DNA of 53,891 nt from Candidatus Omnitrophota bacterium (GCA_016192545.1 JACPTX010000018.1:1-53891), one strand, 5' to 3'; positions 39,471 to 47,873 are shown, counted from the stretch's first letter. The notes: generated by a model from the letters alone, not told the origin. Numbers and translations are program-made.

Positions 39471-40186
39471 TTCTCGGGTGCGGACGGAAAAGCTCGCTGC
39501 TGCTCCAGCGGCAGGCGCGGGGGCCGATGGTGGAAGAGCGCGAGGTCGCCCAGCAAATCCAGTGGACCCTGGAGCCGCTGACCCAGACCAAGACGCAGGA
39601 CGGCGTCGAGATCGTGGTGACGCACGCCACCTGGCAGTACCTGCATGAGTTCTTCCGGAACAAGGAGATCTTCGGCTCGTACGCCGGGCTCAATCCGTTC
39701 TTCCCGGAGCAGATGGTCTTTTACGTCAAGATCGCCAACCACAGCGGCCAGAAACTCCGGATTGACCCGGCGGAGTTCGTGATGATTGATGACCGGGAGA
39801 ACCAGTATCAGTCCCAGAGCCCGGACTACTCGACGGCTCTGGCCGAGGCCAAAGCGCCGGTGGGGACGATGACCCGCGGGGTCCTTGAAGACGCCCGCCC
39901 CGGCTACTTCGGGGTGGGACTCCCCGTCGGCAAGATCATCGGCAAACCCCAGCAGCGGTATGCGCTGCTGAGCATGTCCACCCTGCAGCTGGGCTACCTC
40001 TACCACGGGGTGGTCTACGACGGCCTGGTCGCGTTCTGGAGCCCGCACGCCGGGGCCAAGCAGGTGACGCTGCTGCTGAGCAATATCAAGACCGATTTTG
40101 ACGCGAACGACGAGCCGGGCAAGAAGCTCGAGTTTGCGTTTGACTTTGCCGCGACGCGCGTCGTCACGGATCTCAAGAAGCGTTAA
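39398..40186 (+). CDS. Putative lipoprotein, function unknown
   Basis: AAGGGGG RBS. MSGACWRRVGTLLLLVTLHSSLFTVLGC, a signal peptide plus lipobox. Confidence 0.6.
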   Translation: MSGACWRRVGTLLLLVTLHSSLFTVLGCGRKSSLLLQRQARGPMVEEREVAQQIQWTLEPLTQTKTQDGVEIVVTHATWQYLHEFFRNKEIFGSYAGLNPFFPEQMVFYVKIANHSGQKLRIDPAEFVMIDDRENQYQSQSPDYSTALAEAKAPVGTMTRGVLEDARPGYFGVGLPVGKIIGKPQQRYALLSMSTLQLGYLYHGVVYDGLVAFWSPHAGAKQVTLLLSNIKTDFDANDEPGKKLEFAFDFAATRVVTDLKKR

Positions 40187-40192
40187 CCCGTT

Positions 40193-43153
40193 GTGCCTGC
40201 CCTTGATCTGGCTCAAACTCCGGAGCGCCTGGAGGAGCGGCTTCTCGCCGACCTGACCGAGCCCCAGCGCGAGGCGGTGACCCACACCGAGGGCCCCCTC
40301 CTCATCATCGCCGGCGCCGGGACCGGCAAGACCACGGTCATCACCCGCCGCATTGCGTGGCTCATCGCCACCAAACGCGCCCGCCCGGAGGACATCCTCG
40401 CCCTGACCTTCACGGACAAGGCCGCCGCCGAGATGGAAGAGCGGGTGGACGTCCTGGTGCCGTACGGCTACCTGGACATCCGGCTCTCGACCTTCCACGC
40501 CTTCGGCGACCGCGTCCTGCGCGAGCACGCGCTCGAGGCCGGGCTCGCCTCCGAGGTCCGCGTCCTGTCGAAAGCGGAGCAGGTGGTGTTCCTGCAGCAG
40601 CACCTGTTCGAGCTGCCGCTCACACGGCTCCGCCCCCTCCAGGACCCCGCCCGCTACCTCGAAGCCCTGGCGACGGTGATGTCCCGGGCCAAGGATGAGG
40701 CGGTGACGCCCGACGAGTTCCTCGCGCTGGCGGCGGCCCGGGAAGCCCAGGCCGCGGCGGCCCCCCCGACGGCCGTCGGGGTGCACAGCGACGCCGCCCT
40801 GGCCCGGGAACTGGCCGAGTGTTACGCCGCGTACCACCGGCTGCTGCGCGAGGCCAAGGCGGTGGATTTCGGCGGGCAGATTCTCCTGACCATCTGGCTG
40901 CTGGAACAGCATCCCGAGCTGCTCGCCGACTTCCGGCGGCGGTTCCGCTACATCCTCGTGGACGAGTTCCAGGACACCAACTTCGCCCAGTTCCGCCTCC
41001 TGCAGCTGCTCGCGACGCCGGAATCGAACATCACCGTCGTCGCGGACGACGACCAGAGCATCTATAAGTGGCGCGGGGCCGCCGTCAGCAACGTCCTCAA
41101 GTTCCTCGAGCACTACCGGCAGGTGCGGCGCGTCGTCCTCACCGAGAATTTCCGCTCCAGCCAGCCGATCCTCGACGCCGCCTACCGGCTCATCCGGTTC
41201 AACGACCCGGACCGCCTGGAGGTGAAGGAGGCCATCAACAAGCGCCTCACGGCGATGTGTCCGCGCGAGGCGAAGGCGCCGCAGTTCGCCGTCTTCGACA
41301 CGGTCTCCAGCGAGGCCGACCGGGTCGCCCGCCGGATTCAGACGGAGGTCGAGGCGGGCCGCCGGGCGCCGGGGGATTTCGCCATCCTGGTGCGGACCAA
41401 CCGCGACGCGGAGCTGTTCCTGCGCGCGCTCAACGTCTGCGGCCTGCCATGGCGGTTCAGCGGCACGACCGGCCTGTTCGCCCGCGAGGAGGTCAAGATG
41501 CTCGTTTCCTGCCTGCGGACGCTGGCCGACCCGGAGGACAGCCTCAGCTGGTATCACGTCATCAGCTCCCCGCTCTACGCCTGCCCGATGCCCGACCTGA
41601 TCGCCTGCCTGGCGCAGGCCACCCGCGCGAACACGAGCCTGCGGCTGGTGTTGGAGCAGGCCCCGACCGAGGTCGGGGCGCCGGCGGTGTCTGACCAGGC
41701 CCGCGAGGTCATCCGGCGGTTCCTCGACGACGTGGCGCGCCTGCAGGACGCCTCGCGGACGCTGTCGCCTGGACAGCTGCTGTACCGCTGGCTCACGGAC
41801 ACCGGCTGGCTCAAGCGGCATGCGGCCGTGGAGGATGCGGAGGAGGTCGAGCAGTTGCAGTCGGTGGCAAGGTTTTTCGACCACCTGTTCCGGTTCGAGG
41901 GCCTGGGGGGCAACCGCCTGCCGGAACTGATGCGGTCGCTGGACCTGCTGCAGGCCCTGGGCGAATCCGCGGCGCAAGAACCGGACGCGGCCTCCATGGA
42001 CCACGTCAACGTCCTGACCATTCACAAGGCCAAGGGCCTGGAATTTCCGGTCGTGTTCCTGGTCGGGCTGGTGCAGGGGAGGTTCCCGACGACGCTGCGG
42101 CGCGACGCGATTGAGCTGCCCGAGCCGCTCATCAAGGACATCCTGCCGTCGGGCGACTACCACCTGCAGGAGGAGCGGCGGCTCTTCTACGTCGGCATGA
42201 CGCGGGCCAGGGAAGAGCTCCACCTCACCGCCGCCTACGACTACGGCGGCAAAACCCTGCGCAAGGTCAGCCAGTTCGTCCTGGAAGCGCTCGGCCTGGA
42301 GAGCCCGGCCCCGCCGGCCAAGGCGGCCTCGGCCCGGGAACGCCTGAGCCGGGCCAAGCCGCCGAGCGAAGCGAGTCCTGAGCGGAAGCGAAGGACGCCC
42401 GCGGTCCTTCGCCTGCCGGAGCCGCTGCGCCTGGACGCGCACGGCCTCGACGACTATCTGACCTGTCCGCTGAAGTTCCGCTACAGCCATGTGTTGCGGC
42501 TGCCGATCATGCGCCACCATCTTGTCATCTACGGCGCGGCCCTCCACAAGGCCGTGGAGCAGTTTTTCCGCCGCCGGCTGCAGGGCCAGGCGATGAGCGA
42601 GGAAGAGCTGCTGCAGGTCTTCGAGCACGCGTGGCGCTCGGAGGGTTTCCTGACGCGCGAGCACGAAGCGCAGCGGCTGGCGCAGGGGCGGGCAGTCCTC
42701 GCGCGTTTTTACGCCGAGCAGCAACAGCGCCCCGAGCAGCCCACGCTCATCGAGGAGAAGTTCAGCATCCCGTTGGACGACCTCGTGCTGGTCGGCCGGT
42801 GGGACCGGGTGGACCGGCGCGGCGAGGAGGCGGTCATCATCGATTACAAGTCCTCCGACGTGACCGAGCAGGCCGAGGCCGACCAGCGGGTCCGGAAGTC
42901 GCTGCAGATGCAGGTCTACGCGCTGGCCTGGACGCTGATTCACGGCCGGCTCCCGTCGCGCCTGGAGCTGCGGTTTTTGGAGACCGGCCTCGTCGGGCAG
43001 ACGGCGTTCACCGACGAGGATTTGGAAAAGACCAAGGCGCGGATCAGGGAAGCGGCCCGCGGGATCCGCGCGCTCGAATTTCATCCCCAGCCCAGCGAGT
43101 TCGCCTGCCACTGGTGCGCCTACCAGTCCATCTGCCAGTACGCCGTGACGTAA
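40193..43153 (+). CDS. UvrD/PcrA-type superfamily 1 helicase fused to a PD-(D/E)XK Fe-S (Cas4/AddB-like) nuclease domain
   Basis: AGAGTGKT Walker A, ILVDEFQDTN, TIHKAKGLEFP, YVGMTRA. C-terminal Cys pattern is C(x)n..CHWCAYQSIC. Confidence 0.85.
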   Translation: MPALDLAQTPERLEERLLADLTEPQREAVTHTEGPLLIIAGAGTGKTTVITRRIAWLIATKRARPEDILALTFTDKAAAEMEERVDVLVPYGYLDIRLSTFHAFGDRVLREHALEAGLASEVRVLSKAEQVVFLQQHLFELPLTRLRPLQDPARYLEALATVMSRAKDEAVTPDEFLALAAAREAQAAAAPPTAVGVHSDAALARELAECYAAYHRLLREAKAVDFGGQILLTIWLLEQHPELLADFRRRFRYILVDEFQDTNFAQFRLLQLLATPESNITVVADDDQSIYKWRGAAVSNVLKFLEHYRQVRRVVLTENFRSSQPILDAAYRLIRFNDPDRLEVKEAINKRLTAMCPREAKAPQFAVFDTVSSEADRVARRIQTEVEAGRRAPGDFAILVRTNRDAELFLRALNVCGLPWRFSGTTGLFAREEVKMLVSCLRTLADPEDSLSWYHVISSPLYACPMPDLIACLAQATRANTSLRLVLEQAPTEVGAPAVSDQAREVIRRFLDDVARLQDASRTLSPGQLLYRWLTDTGWLKRHAAVEDAEEVEQLQSVARFFDHLFRFEGLGGNRLPELMRSLDLLQALGESAAQEPDAASMDHVNVLTIHKAKGLEFPVVFLVGLVQGRFPTTLRRDAIELPEPLIKDILPSGDYHLQEERRLFYVGMTRAREELHLTAAYDYGGKTLRKVSQFVLEALGLESPAPPAKAASARERLSRAKPPSEASPERKRRTPAVLRLPEPLRLDAHGLDDYLTCPLKFRYSHVLRLPIMRHHLVIYGAALHKAVEQFFRRRLQGQAMSEEELLQVFEHAWRSEGFLTREHEAQRLAQGRAVLARFYAEQQQRPEQPTLIEEKFSIPLDDLVLVGRWDRVDRRGEEAVIIDYKSSDVTEQAEADQRVRKSLQMQVYALAWTLIHGRLPSRLELRFLETGLVGQTAFTDEDLEKTKARIREAARGIRALEFHPQPSEFACHWCAYQSICQYAVT
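40764..40781. repeat. 18-bp perfect PTAVG palindrome inside the helicase
   Basis: CCCCGACGGCCGTCGGGG, read as PPTAVGV. Confidence 0.9.
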
Positions 43154-43236
43154 CTCCTCTTCCCACCGTCGGTTCGTACATCCCCGTTCGACGAAGAAAA
43201 ACTTGCCGGAGTCTTGACGTTTCTGGAGTGATAGGG

Positions 43237-43290
43237 TTAATTTTAAATTGGAAGTAAAAAGATATATTAAGTAATTAATAATTAATAGGG
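43237..43290. promoter_or_regulatory. Sharply AT-rich spacer (TAAT-rich), probable promoter/operator region for the orphan ORF pair
   Basis: TTAATTTTAAATTGGAAGTAAAAAGATATATTAAGTAATTAATAATTAATA sits in an otherwise GC-rich window. AAGGAG RBS at 43297-43302. Confidence 0.5.
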
Positions 43291-43305
43291 TGCAACAAGG
43301 AGAGC

Positions 43306-43581
43306 ATGTGGAGTTCTCAGATGTTTCAGCGACCGCATCACAGGCCGGTGTCGATCAGCGCCGCGGAACTCTCGGACGCGCGGTTCCGCCGGTTTCTGCG
43401 CGAGCTCAACGCCTACGAGCAGAAGCTCACGTTCGAGGACACGCTCAACGCGTTTCTCGATCTCTACTCCACGTGGATGAAGACGCGCGAACCCTGGTTG
43501 AAGATGCGCGTCGTGATGCTGGCGTTCGAGCTGCACCGCCTGGACCCGCAGTTTGAGTGCAACCTCTCCTTCGTGGACTGA
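43306..43581 (+). CDS. Hypothetical protein (91 aa), no recognised family
   Basis: Strong SD, GC-rich third codon positions like neighbouring genes, and co-oriented with the next ORF. Confidence 0.55.
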   Translation: MWSSQMFQRPHHRPVSISAAELSDARFRRFLRELNAYEQKLTFEDTLNAFLDLYSTWMKTREPWLKMRVVMLAFELHRLDPQFECNLSFVD

Positions 43582-43594
43582 CGGACGGCCCCTG

Positions 43595-43963
43595 ATGCGG
43601 CACATCGTCGTGCGCAACCTCACCTCGGAGGACTGGCTCAAGCGCGACTGCCTGGTCACCGAGCTCATGCGGCAGGGCGAATGCGTCACCCGCGTCATCC
43701 GGCGCTGCACCTACCACATCGACTCGCAGGTGACCGTTCCCTCGCTCGACGATTCAATCCGCTGGGCGCTCCACCTCGATCCCATGCAGCCCCGCCAGGT
43801 GTTCGTGACCAAGGAGTTCGACCCCGAGACCGGCCACGAGCGGGTGGTCTACAAGGTGCTCGGCCATTTCTACGTGGTGCTGGACCGGCAAGTGATCTGC
43901 GTCGGCTACCGGCACATCCTGTCGATGATGGTGGAGCCCGTCGCGGCTTCCTGCGAAGAGTAA
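43595..43963 (+). CDS. Hypothetical protein (122 aa), no recognised family
   Basis: ATG lies 13 nt after the previous stop. Host-like codon bias. The track alternative start at 43553 is TTG. Confidence 0.55.
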   Translation: MRHIVVRNLTSEDWLKRDCLVTELMRQGECVTRVIRRCTYHIDSQVTVPSLDDSIRWALHLDPMQPRQVFVTKEFDPETGHERVVYKVLGHFYVVLDRQVICVGYRHILSMMVEPVAASCEE

Positions 43964-43969
43964 GCCTAC

Positions 43970-44023
43970 AAAAAGTGACAGTCACTTTTCCCTCAAAAAG
44001 TGACTGTCACTTTTTGCTTTTTC
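43970..44023 (+). terminator. 20-bp perfect hairpin followed by a T-rich tract (probable intrinsic terminator)
   Basis: AAAAAGTGACAGTCACTTTT (43970-43989) pairs with AAAAGTGACTGTCACTTTTT (43996-44015) across a 6-nt loop. It is followed by GCTTTTTC. Confidence 0.7.
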
Positions 44024-44051
44024 GGCGGGGGCGTGCTACAGTGTGCCCGCT

Positions 44052-45047
44052 ATGAGTCGCCCAACCACGACCATCGCCGTGCTCGGGGACGGGGGCTGGG
44101 GCACGACCCTGGCCATCCACCTCCACCGCCTCGGCCATCACGCGCGGCTGTGGGGGGCGTTTCCCGACTACGTCAAGCAGCTGAATCGCCGCCGGGAAAA
44201 CGTCAAGTTCCTGCCTGGCATCCCGATTCCGCGCGCCCTGTCCATCACGGCTGACCTGCGCGCCGCCTTAGAGGGGGCCGACGTGGTCGCCGTCGCGGTG
44301 CCGTCCCAGCACCTCCGCTCGGTCATCCACCGGCTGAAGGGCATCCCCCTCGGCCGTGCCGCGTTCCTCAGCGTCGTCAAGGGCATCGAGCTGCGGACCC
44401 TCAGGCGGATGTCGGAGATCCTCCGGCAGGAGCTGGGCCCTCTCCCGCTGGCGGTCCTGTCCGGCCCGAATATCGCCCTGGAGATTGCCCATGGACAGCC
44501 GGCCAGCTCGGTGATCGCCTCGACGCACGCCGGCCTGACTGAACGCCTGCAGCACGTGTTCATGAGCGAGCGGTTCCGCCTCTATACCTCCCCGGACGTC
44601 GTCGGCGTCGAGCTGGGCGGGGCGCTGAAGAATCCGATTGCGATTGCGGCCGGCATCGGGGATGGCCTGGGGTTCGGCGCCAATGCCAAGGCCGCCCTCA
44701 TCACGCGCGGCATCGTCGAGATGGCGCGGCTGGGCACGGCCATGGGCGCGCACAACGCCACGTTCTGGGGCTTGAGCGGTCTGGGAGACCTGGTCACCAC
44801 CTGTCTGGGCGGACGCAACCGGTGGCTGGGCGAGCAGATCGGGCGCGGCAGGACCCTCTCCGCGGTCCTCGGCAGCACCCCGATGGTCATCGAGGGCGTG
44901 GACACGACGAAGGCCGCCGTCGCGCTGGGCCGGCGGCACCGGGTGGAGCTGCCCATCATCGAGCAGGTGCACGCCGTCCTCTTCCGCCGCAAGGACCCCC
45001 GCAAGGCGTTGCGCAGCCTCATGCTCCGCGCCCGCAAACCCGAGTAG
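44052..45047 (+). CDS. gpsA: NAD(P)H-dependent glycerol-3-phosphate dehydrogenase
   Basis: IAVLGDGGWGTTLA...GPNIALEIA...LKNPIAIAAGI...GDLVTTC. Confidence 0.93.
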   Translation: MSRPTTTIAVLGDGGWGTTLAIHLHRLGHHARLWGAFPDYVKQLNRRRENVKFLPGIPIPRALSITADLRAALEGADVVAVAVPSQHLRSVIHRLKGIPLGRAAFLSVVKGIELRTLRRMSEILRQELGPLPLAVLSGPNIALEIAHGQPASSVIASTHAGLTERLQHVFMSERFRLYTSPDVVGVELGGALKNPIAIAAGIGDGLGFGANAKAALITRGIVEMARLGTAMGAHNATFWGLSGLGDLVTTCLGGRNRWLGEQIGRGRTLSAVLGSTPMVIEGVDTTKAAVALGRRHRVELPIIEQVHAVLFRRKDPRKALRSLMLRARKPE

Positions 45048-45050
45048 TTG

Positions 45051-45059
45051 TGTTACAAT
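45051..45059 (+). promoter_or_regulatory. Extended -10 promoter element TGTTACAAT upstream of the tRNA-Pro locus
   Basis: TGn-TACAAT at 45051-45059. No good -35. The predicted start is a few nt before 45070. Confidence 0.45.
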
Positions 45060-45069
45060 CTTCTCCATC

Positions 45070-45244
45070 TCCGGGGCGTGGCTCAGCTTGCGACTGAGCC
45101 CGTTGTTGGGCGAAGGAGCCCCTGCAGCTACGTTTGGCAGAGCCAAACGTGCAGGGGGTAGCGCGCCTGTGGAGGAGCGTAGCGACGACATCCCGCCGAT
45201 GTTGTCATCGGCGGGAAATGGGGTTTCCCGCGGCCACTGAATTC
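45070..45244 (+). ncRNA. tRNA-Pro-derived, hairpin-rich RNA-like region (pseudo-tRNA fragments or uncharacterised structured RNA)
   Basis: A 21-nt exact copy of the tRNA-Pro 5' end at 45070-45090. Perfect hairpins at 45080-45100, 45119-45157 and 45192-45215. D-arm-like GGTAGCGCGCCTG at 45157-45169. Anticodon-arm mimic GGGAA-ATGGGGT-TTCCC at 45213-45229. Confidence 0.4.
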
Positions 45245-45321
45245 CGGGGCGTGGCTCAGCTTGGTAGAGCGCCTGAATGGGGTTCAGGAGGTCCCGAGTT
45301 CAAATCTCGGCGCCCCGACCA
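45245..45321 (+). tRNA. tRNA-Pro (anticodon GGG), CCA encoded
   Basis: CGGGGCG/CGCCCCG acceptor, GCTC/GAGC D stem, CCTGA-ATGGGGT-TCAGG anticodon arm, CCGAG-TTCAAAT-CTCGG T arm, then A-CCA. Confidence 0.92.
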
Positions 45322-45342
45322 GTCAGGTGGCCGCGGGACAGG

Positions 45343-45379
45343 CAGGAGGTCCCGAGTTCAAATCTCGGCGCCCCGACCA
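45343..45379 (+). repeat. Exact 37-nt duplicate of the tRNA-Pro 3' part (anticodon-stem 3' strand through CCA)
   Basis: 45343-45379 is identical to 45285-45321. The two copies are separated by 21 nt. Confidence 0.9.
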
Positions 45380-45402
45380 TTGAATCAACGAAGAGTGGTG
45401 AC

Positions 45403-46710
45403 ATGGCGCAGCGCATCAACATCGGGCTCATCGGACTCGGCACCGTCGGGACGGGGGTCGCCCGCGCGCTCCTGGAGAAGGCGCATGCCCTGGAGCAGCG
45501 CATCGGCGCCCGCGTGGTGCTCAAGCGCGTCTGCGACCGCAACCCCCGGCCGCCGCGGCATCTCCGGCTGCCGGCCGGGCTCTTCACGACGGACATCCGC
45601 AAGATCCTCCGCGACCCCGAGATCCAGGTGGTCGTCGAGCTCGTCGGCGGGGTCCAGCCGGCCAAGGGTTTTGTCATCGAGGCCATGCGGCGCGGCAAGC
45701 ACGTCGTGACCGCGAACAAGGCCCTCCTCGCCGAGGAAGGCAAGGAGCTGTTCACCGCCGCGGACCGCTACGGCGTGGACCTCTATTTCGAGGCGTCGGT
45801 GGGCGGCGGGATCCCCATCATCAAGGCGCTCCGCGAGGGCTTGATCGCCAACGAGCTCAACACCATCATCGGCATCGTCAACGGCACTTCGAACTACATC
45901 CTCACGCAGATGCGCGACGAGCGGCTCAGCTTCCATGAGGCGCTCCTGGAGGCCAAGCACCACGGCTACGCCGAGCGCAACCCGTCGCTGGACATCGAGG
46001 GGCACGACGCCGCGCACAAGCTGGCGATCCTGACGCTCCTGGGCTTCGGCGCCCGCGTCCACGTCGAGGACATCCACACCGAAGGCATCAGCCGCATCTC
46101 GCAGGCCGACATCCAGTACGCCGGCGAGATGGGCTACTGCATCAAGCCGCTCGCGGTCGCCAAGCAGGTGGGCCATGAGCTGGAGGTCCGGGTGCACCCG
46201 GCCCTGCTCTCCACGTCGCACCTGCTGGCCAACGTCAACGGCGTGTATAACGCGGTCTACGTCCACGGCGACCTCGTCGGGGCCCAGCTCTTCTACGGCC
46301 GCGGGGCGGGGCAGAACCCCGCCGCCAGCTCCGTGCTGTCCGACATCGCCGACGTCGCGCGCAACGTCGCCCTCGGCATCGCCAAGCGCGTGCCGGCCTA
46401 CTGTCCCGCGCCGCGCCGCCTGCGCCTGCGCCGGATGGACCGGGTCGAGACCCGCTACTACATGCGCTTCACGGTCATCGACAAGCCCGGGGTGCTGGCG
46501 AAGATCGCCGGGGTCCTCGGCCGCTTCCGCATCTCCATCGCCAGCGTCCACCAGAAGGAGCGCAAGACCGCCCGGATCGTGCCCGTCGTCATGATGACCC
46601 ACGAGGCCCGCGAGGCGGACGTCCGCCGGGCGCTGTCGGTCATCGACGGGATGGGCGTCGTCAAGTCCAAGACCGTCGCCATCCGCACCGAAGCCCCGCG
46701 CGGGAAATAA
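45403..46710 (+). CDS. hom: Homoserine dehydrogenase (with C-terminal ACT domain)
   Basis: INIGLIGLGTVGTGV...EASVGGGIPII...NGTSNYIL. ATG 45403 lies within track ORF 45277. Confidence 0.93.
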   Translation: MAQRINIGLIGLGTVGTGVARALLEKAHALEQRIGARVVLKRVCDRNPRPPRHLRLPAGLFTTDIRKILRDPEIQVVVELVGGVQPAKGFVIEAMRRGKHVVTANKALLAEEGKELFTAADRYGVDLYFEASVGGGIPIIKALREGLIANELNTIIGIVNGTSNYILTQMRDERLSFHEALLEAKHHGYAERNPSLDIEGHDAAHKLAILTLLGFGARVHVEDIHTEGISRISQADIQYAGEMGYCIKPLAVAKQVGHELEVRVHPALLSTSHLLANVNGVYNAVYVHGDLVGAQLFYGRGAGQNPAASSVLSDIADVARNVALGIAKRVPAYCPAPRRLRLRRMDRVETRYYMRFTVIDKPGVLAKIAGVLGRFRISIASVHQKERKTARIVPVVMMTHEAREADVRRALSVIDGMGVVKSKTVAIRTEAPRGK

Positions 46711-47810
46711 TGCTGTCCTGGCGCGGGGTCATTGACGCCTACCGCAGCTTCCTGCCGGTGTCCGCCGCCACGCCCGTCGTGACGCTCCTGGAAGGCAACA
46801 CCCCGCTGCTCTACAGCAAATATCTCAGCCAGGGGCTGGGCGAGCCGTTCCAGGTCTACCTCAAGTACGAGGGGATGAACCCGACCGGCTCGTTCAAGGA
46901 CCGGGGGATGACAGTGGCGATCTCGAAGGCGCTCGAGGCGGAGTCCAGGGCGGTGCTGTGCGCCTCGACCGGCAACACCTCGGCCTCGGCCAGCGCCTAC
47001 GCGGCGAAGGCCGGCCTGCGCTCCCTCGTCCTCATCCCGAAAGGGGCGGTGGCGATGGGCAAGCTCTCGCAGGCGCTCATCCACGGCGCCCGTGTGGCCG
47101 CGGTGGACGCGAATTTCGACGTGTGCCTCGAGCTGGTGAAGGCCCTCGCCCAGCGGTTCCCGGTGACGGTGGTCAACTCCATCAATCCGTTCCGCATCGA
47201 GGGGCAGAAGACCTGCTCCTTCGAAATCTGCGACGTGCTCGGCCGCGCCCCGGATTTCCAGCTCATGCCGGTCGGCAACGCCGGCAACATCACCGCACAG
47301 TGGAAGGGCTACCGCGAATACCTGCGCTACGGGCGGATCAGCGCCCTGCCGGTCATGCTCGGGTTCCAGGCCAAAGGTGCGGCACCCCTCGTGCTCGGAC
47401 GCGTGGTCGCCAAGCCCAAGACGGTGGCGACCGCCATCCGCATCGGCAACCCGGCGAGCTGGCAGGGGGCCGTCGGCGCGCGCGACGAATCCCGCGGGCG
47501 CATCGAGGCGGTGCGGGACAGCCAGATCCTCGAGGCCTACCGGCTCCTCGCCCAGCACGAAGGGGTGTTCGTCGAGCCGGCCTCGGCTGCTTCGGTCGCC
47601 GGCCTTCTCATGCTCGCCAAACGGCGGTACTTCAAGCAGGCCCTGCGCAAGGCGCGAGGACGCGGCAAGAAGCGCGAGCCGATCCTCGTCGTCTGCATCC
47701 TCACCGGCCACGGCCTCAAGGACCCGGAGCGGGCGATCCAGAGCGTCAGGCCCATCCGCCCCGCGCCCGCGGACCTCGGCGCCATCACCAAAGCGGTCGG
47801 CCTCGCCTAA
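46710..47810 (+). CDS. thrC: Threonine synthase
   Basis: LLEGNTPLL...NPTGSFKDRGMT...STGNTSASA. Confidence 0.93.
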   Translation: MLSWRGVIDAYRSFLPVSAATPVVTLLEGNTPLLYSKYLSQGLGEPFQVYLKYEGMNPTGSFKDRGMTVAISKALEAESRAVLCASTGNTSASASAYAAKAGLRSLVLIPKGAVAMGKLSQALIHGARVAAVDANFDVCLELVKALAQRFPVTVVNSINPFRIEGQKTCSFEICDVLGRAPDFQLMPVGNAGNITAQWKGYREYLRYGRISALPVMLGFQAKGAAPLVLGRVVAKPKTVATAIRIGNPASWQGAVGARDESRGRIEAVRDSQILEAYRLLAQHEGVFVEPASAASVAGLLMLAKRRYFKQALRKARGRGKKREPILVVCILTGHGLKDPERAIQSVRPIRPAPADLGAITKAVGLA

Positions 47811-47818
47811 GAGGAAAA

Positions 47819-47852
47819 GGGGTCTGACCCCTTTTTAAAGGGGTCTGACCCC
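47819..47852. repeat. Two GGGGTCTGACCCC elements with A/T flanks (AAAAGGGGTCTGACCCCTTTTT), probable terminator after thrC
   Basis: Copies at 47819-47831 and 47840-47852. The first is flanked by an A-run and a T-run. Confidence 0.75.
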
Positions 47853-47873
47853 TTCTGTGCTCCCGCCCGCCAG

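Noticed and set aside
39458-43111. 1217-aa ORF on the minus strand
   Set aside because: It is exactly antisense to the helicase-nuclease gene, which has clear Walker A/B and UvrD motifs. Its translation is Arg/Gly/Pro/Leu-rich low-complexity sequence, typical of shadow ORFs in GC-rich DNA.
43214-43242. Specific -35/-10 assignment (TTGACG at 43214-43219) for the orphan ORF promoter
   Set aside because: No acceptable -10 lies at 16-18 nt spacing, and several TA-rich hexamers downstream are equally plausible. Only the AT-rich region as a whole is reported.
45134-45709. 191-aa + strand ORF and 45277 start of the 477-aa ORF crossing the tRNA-Pro locus
   Set aside because: They read through a tRNA gene and its duplicates. 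Homoserine dehydrogenase homology begins at ATG 45403.
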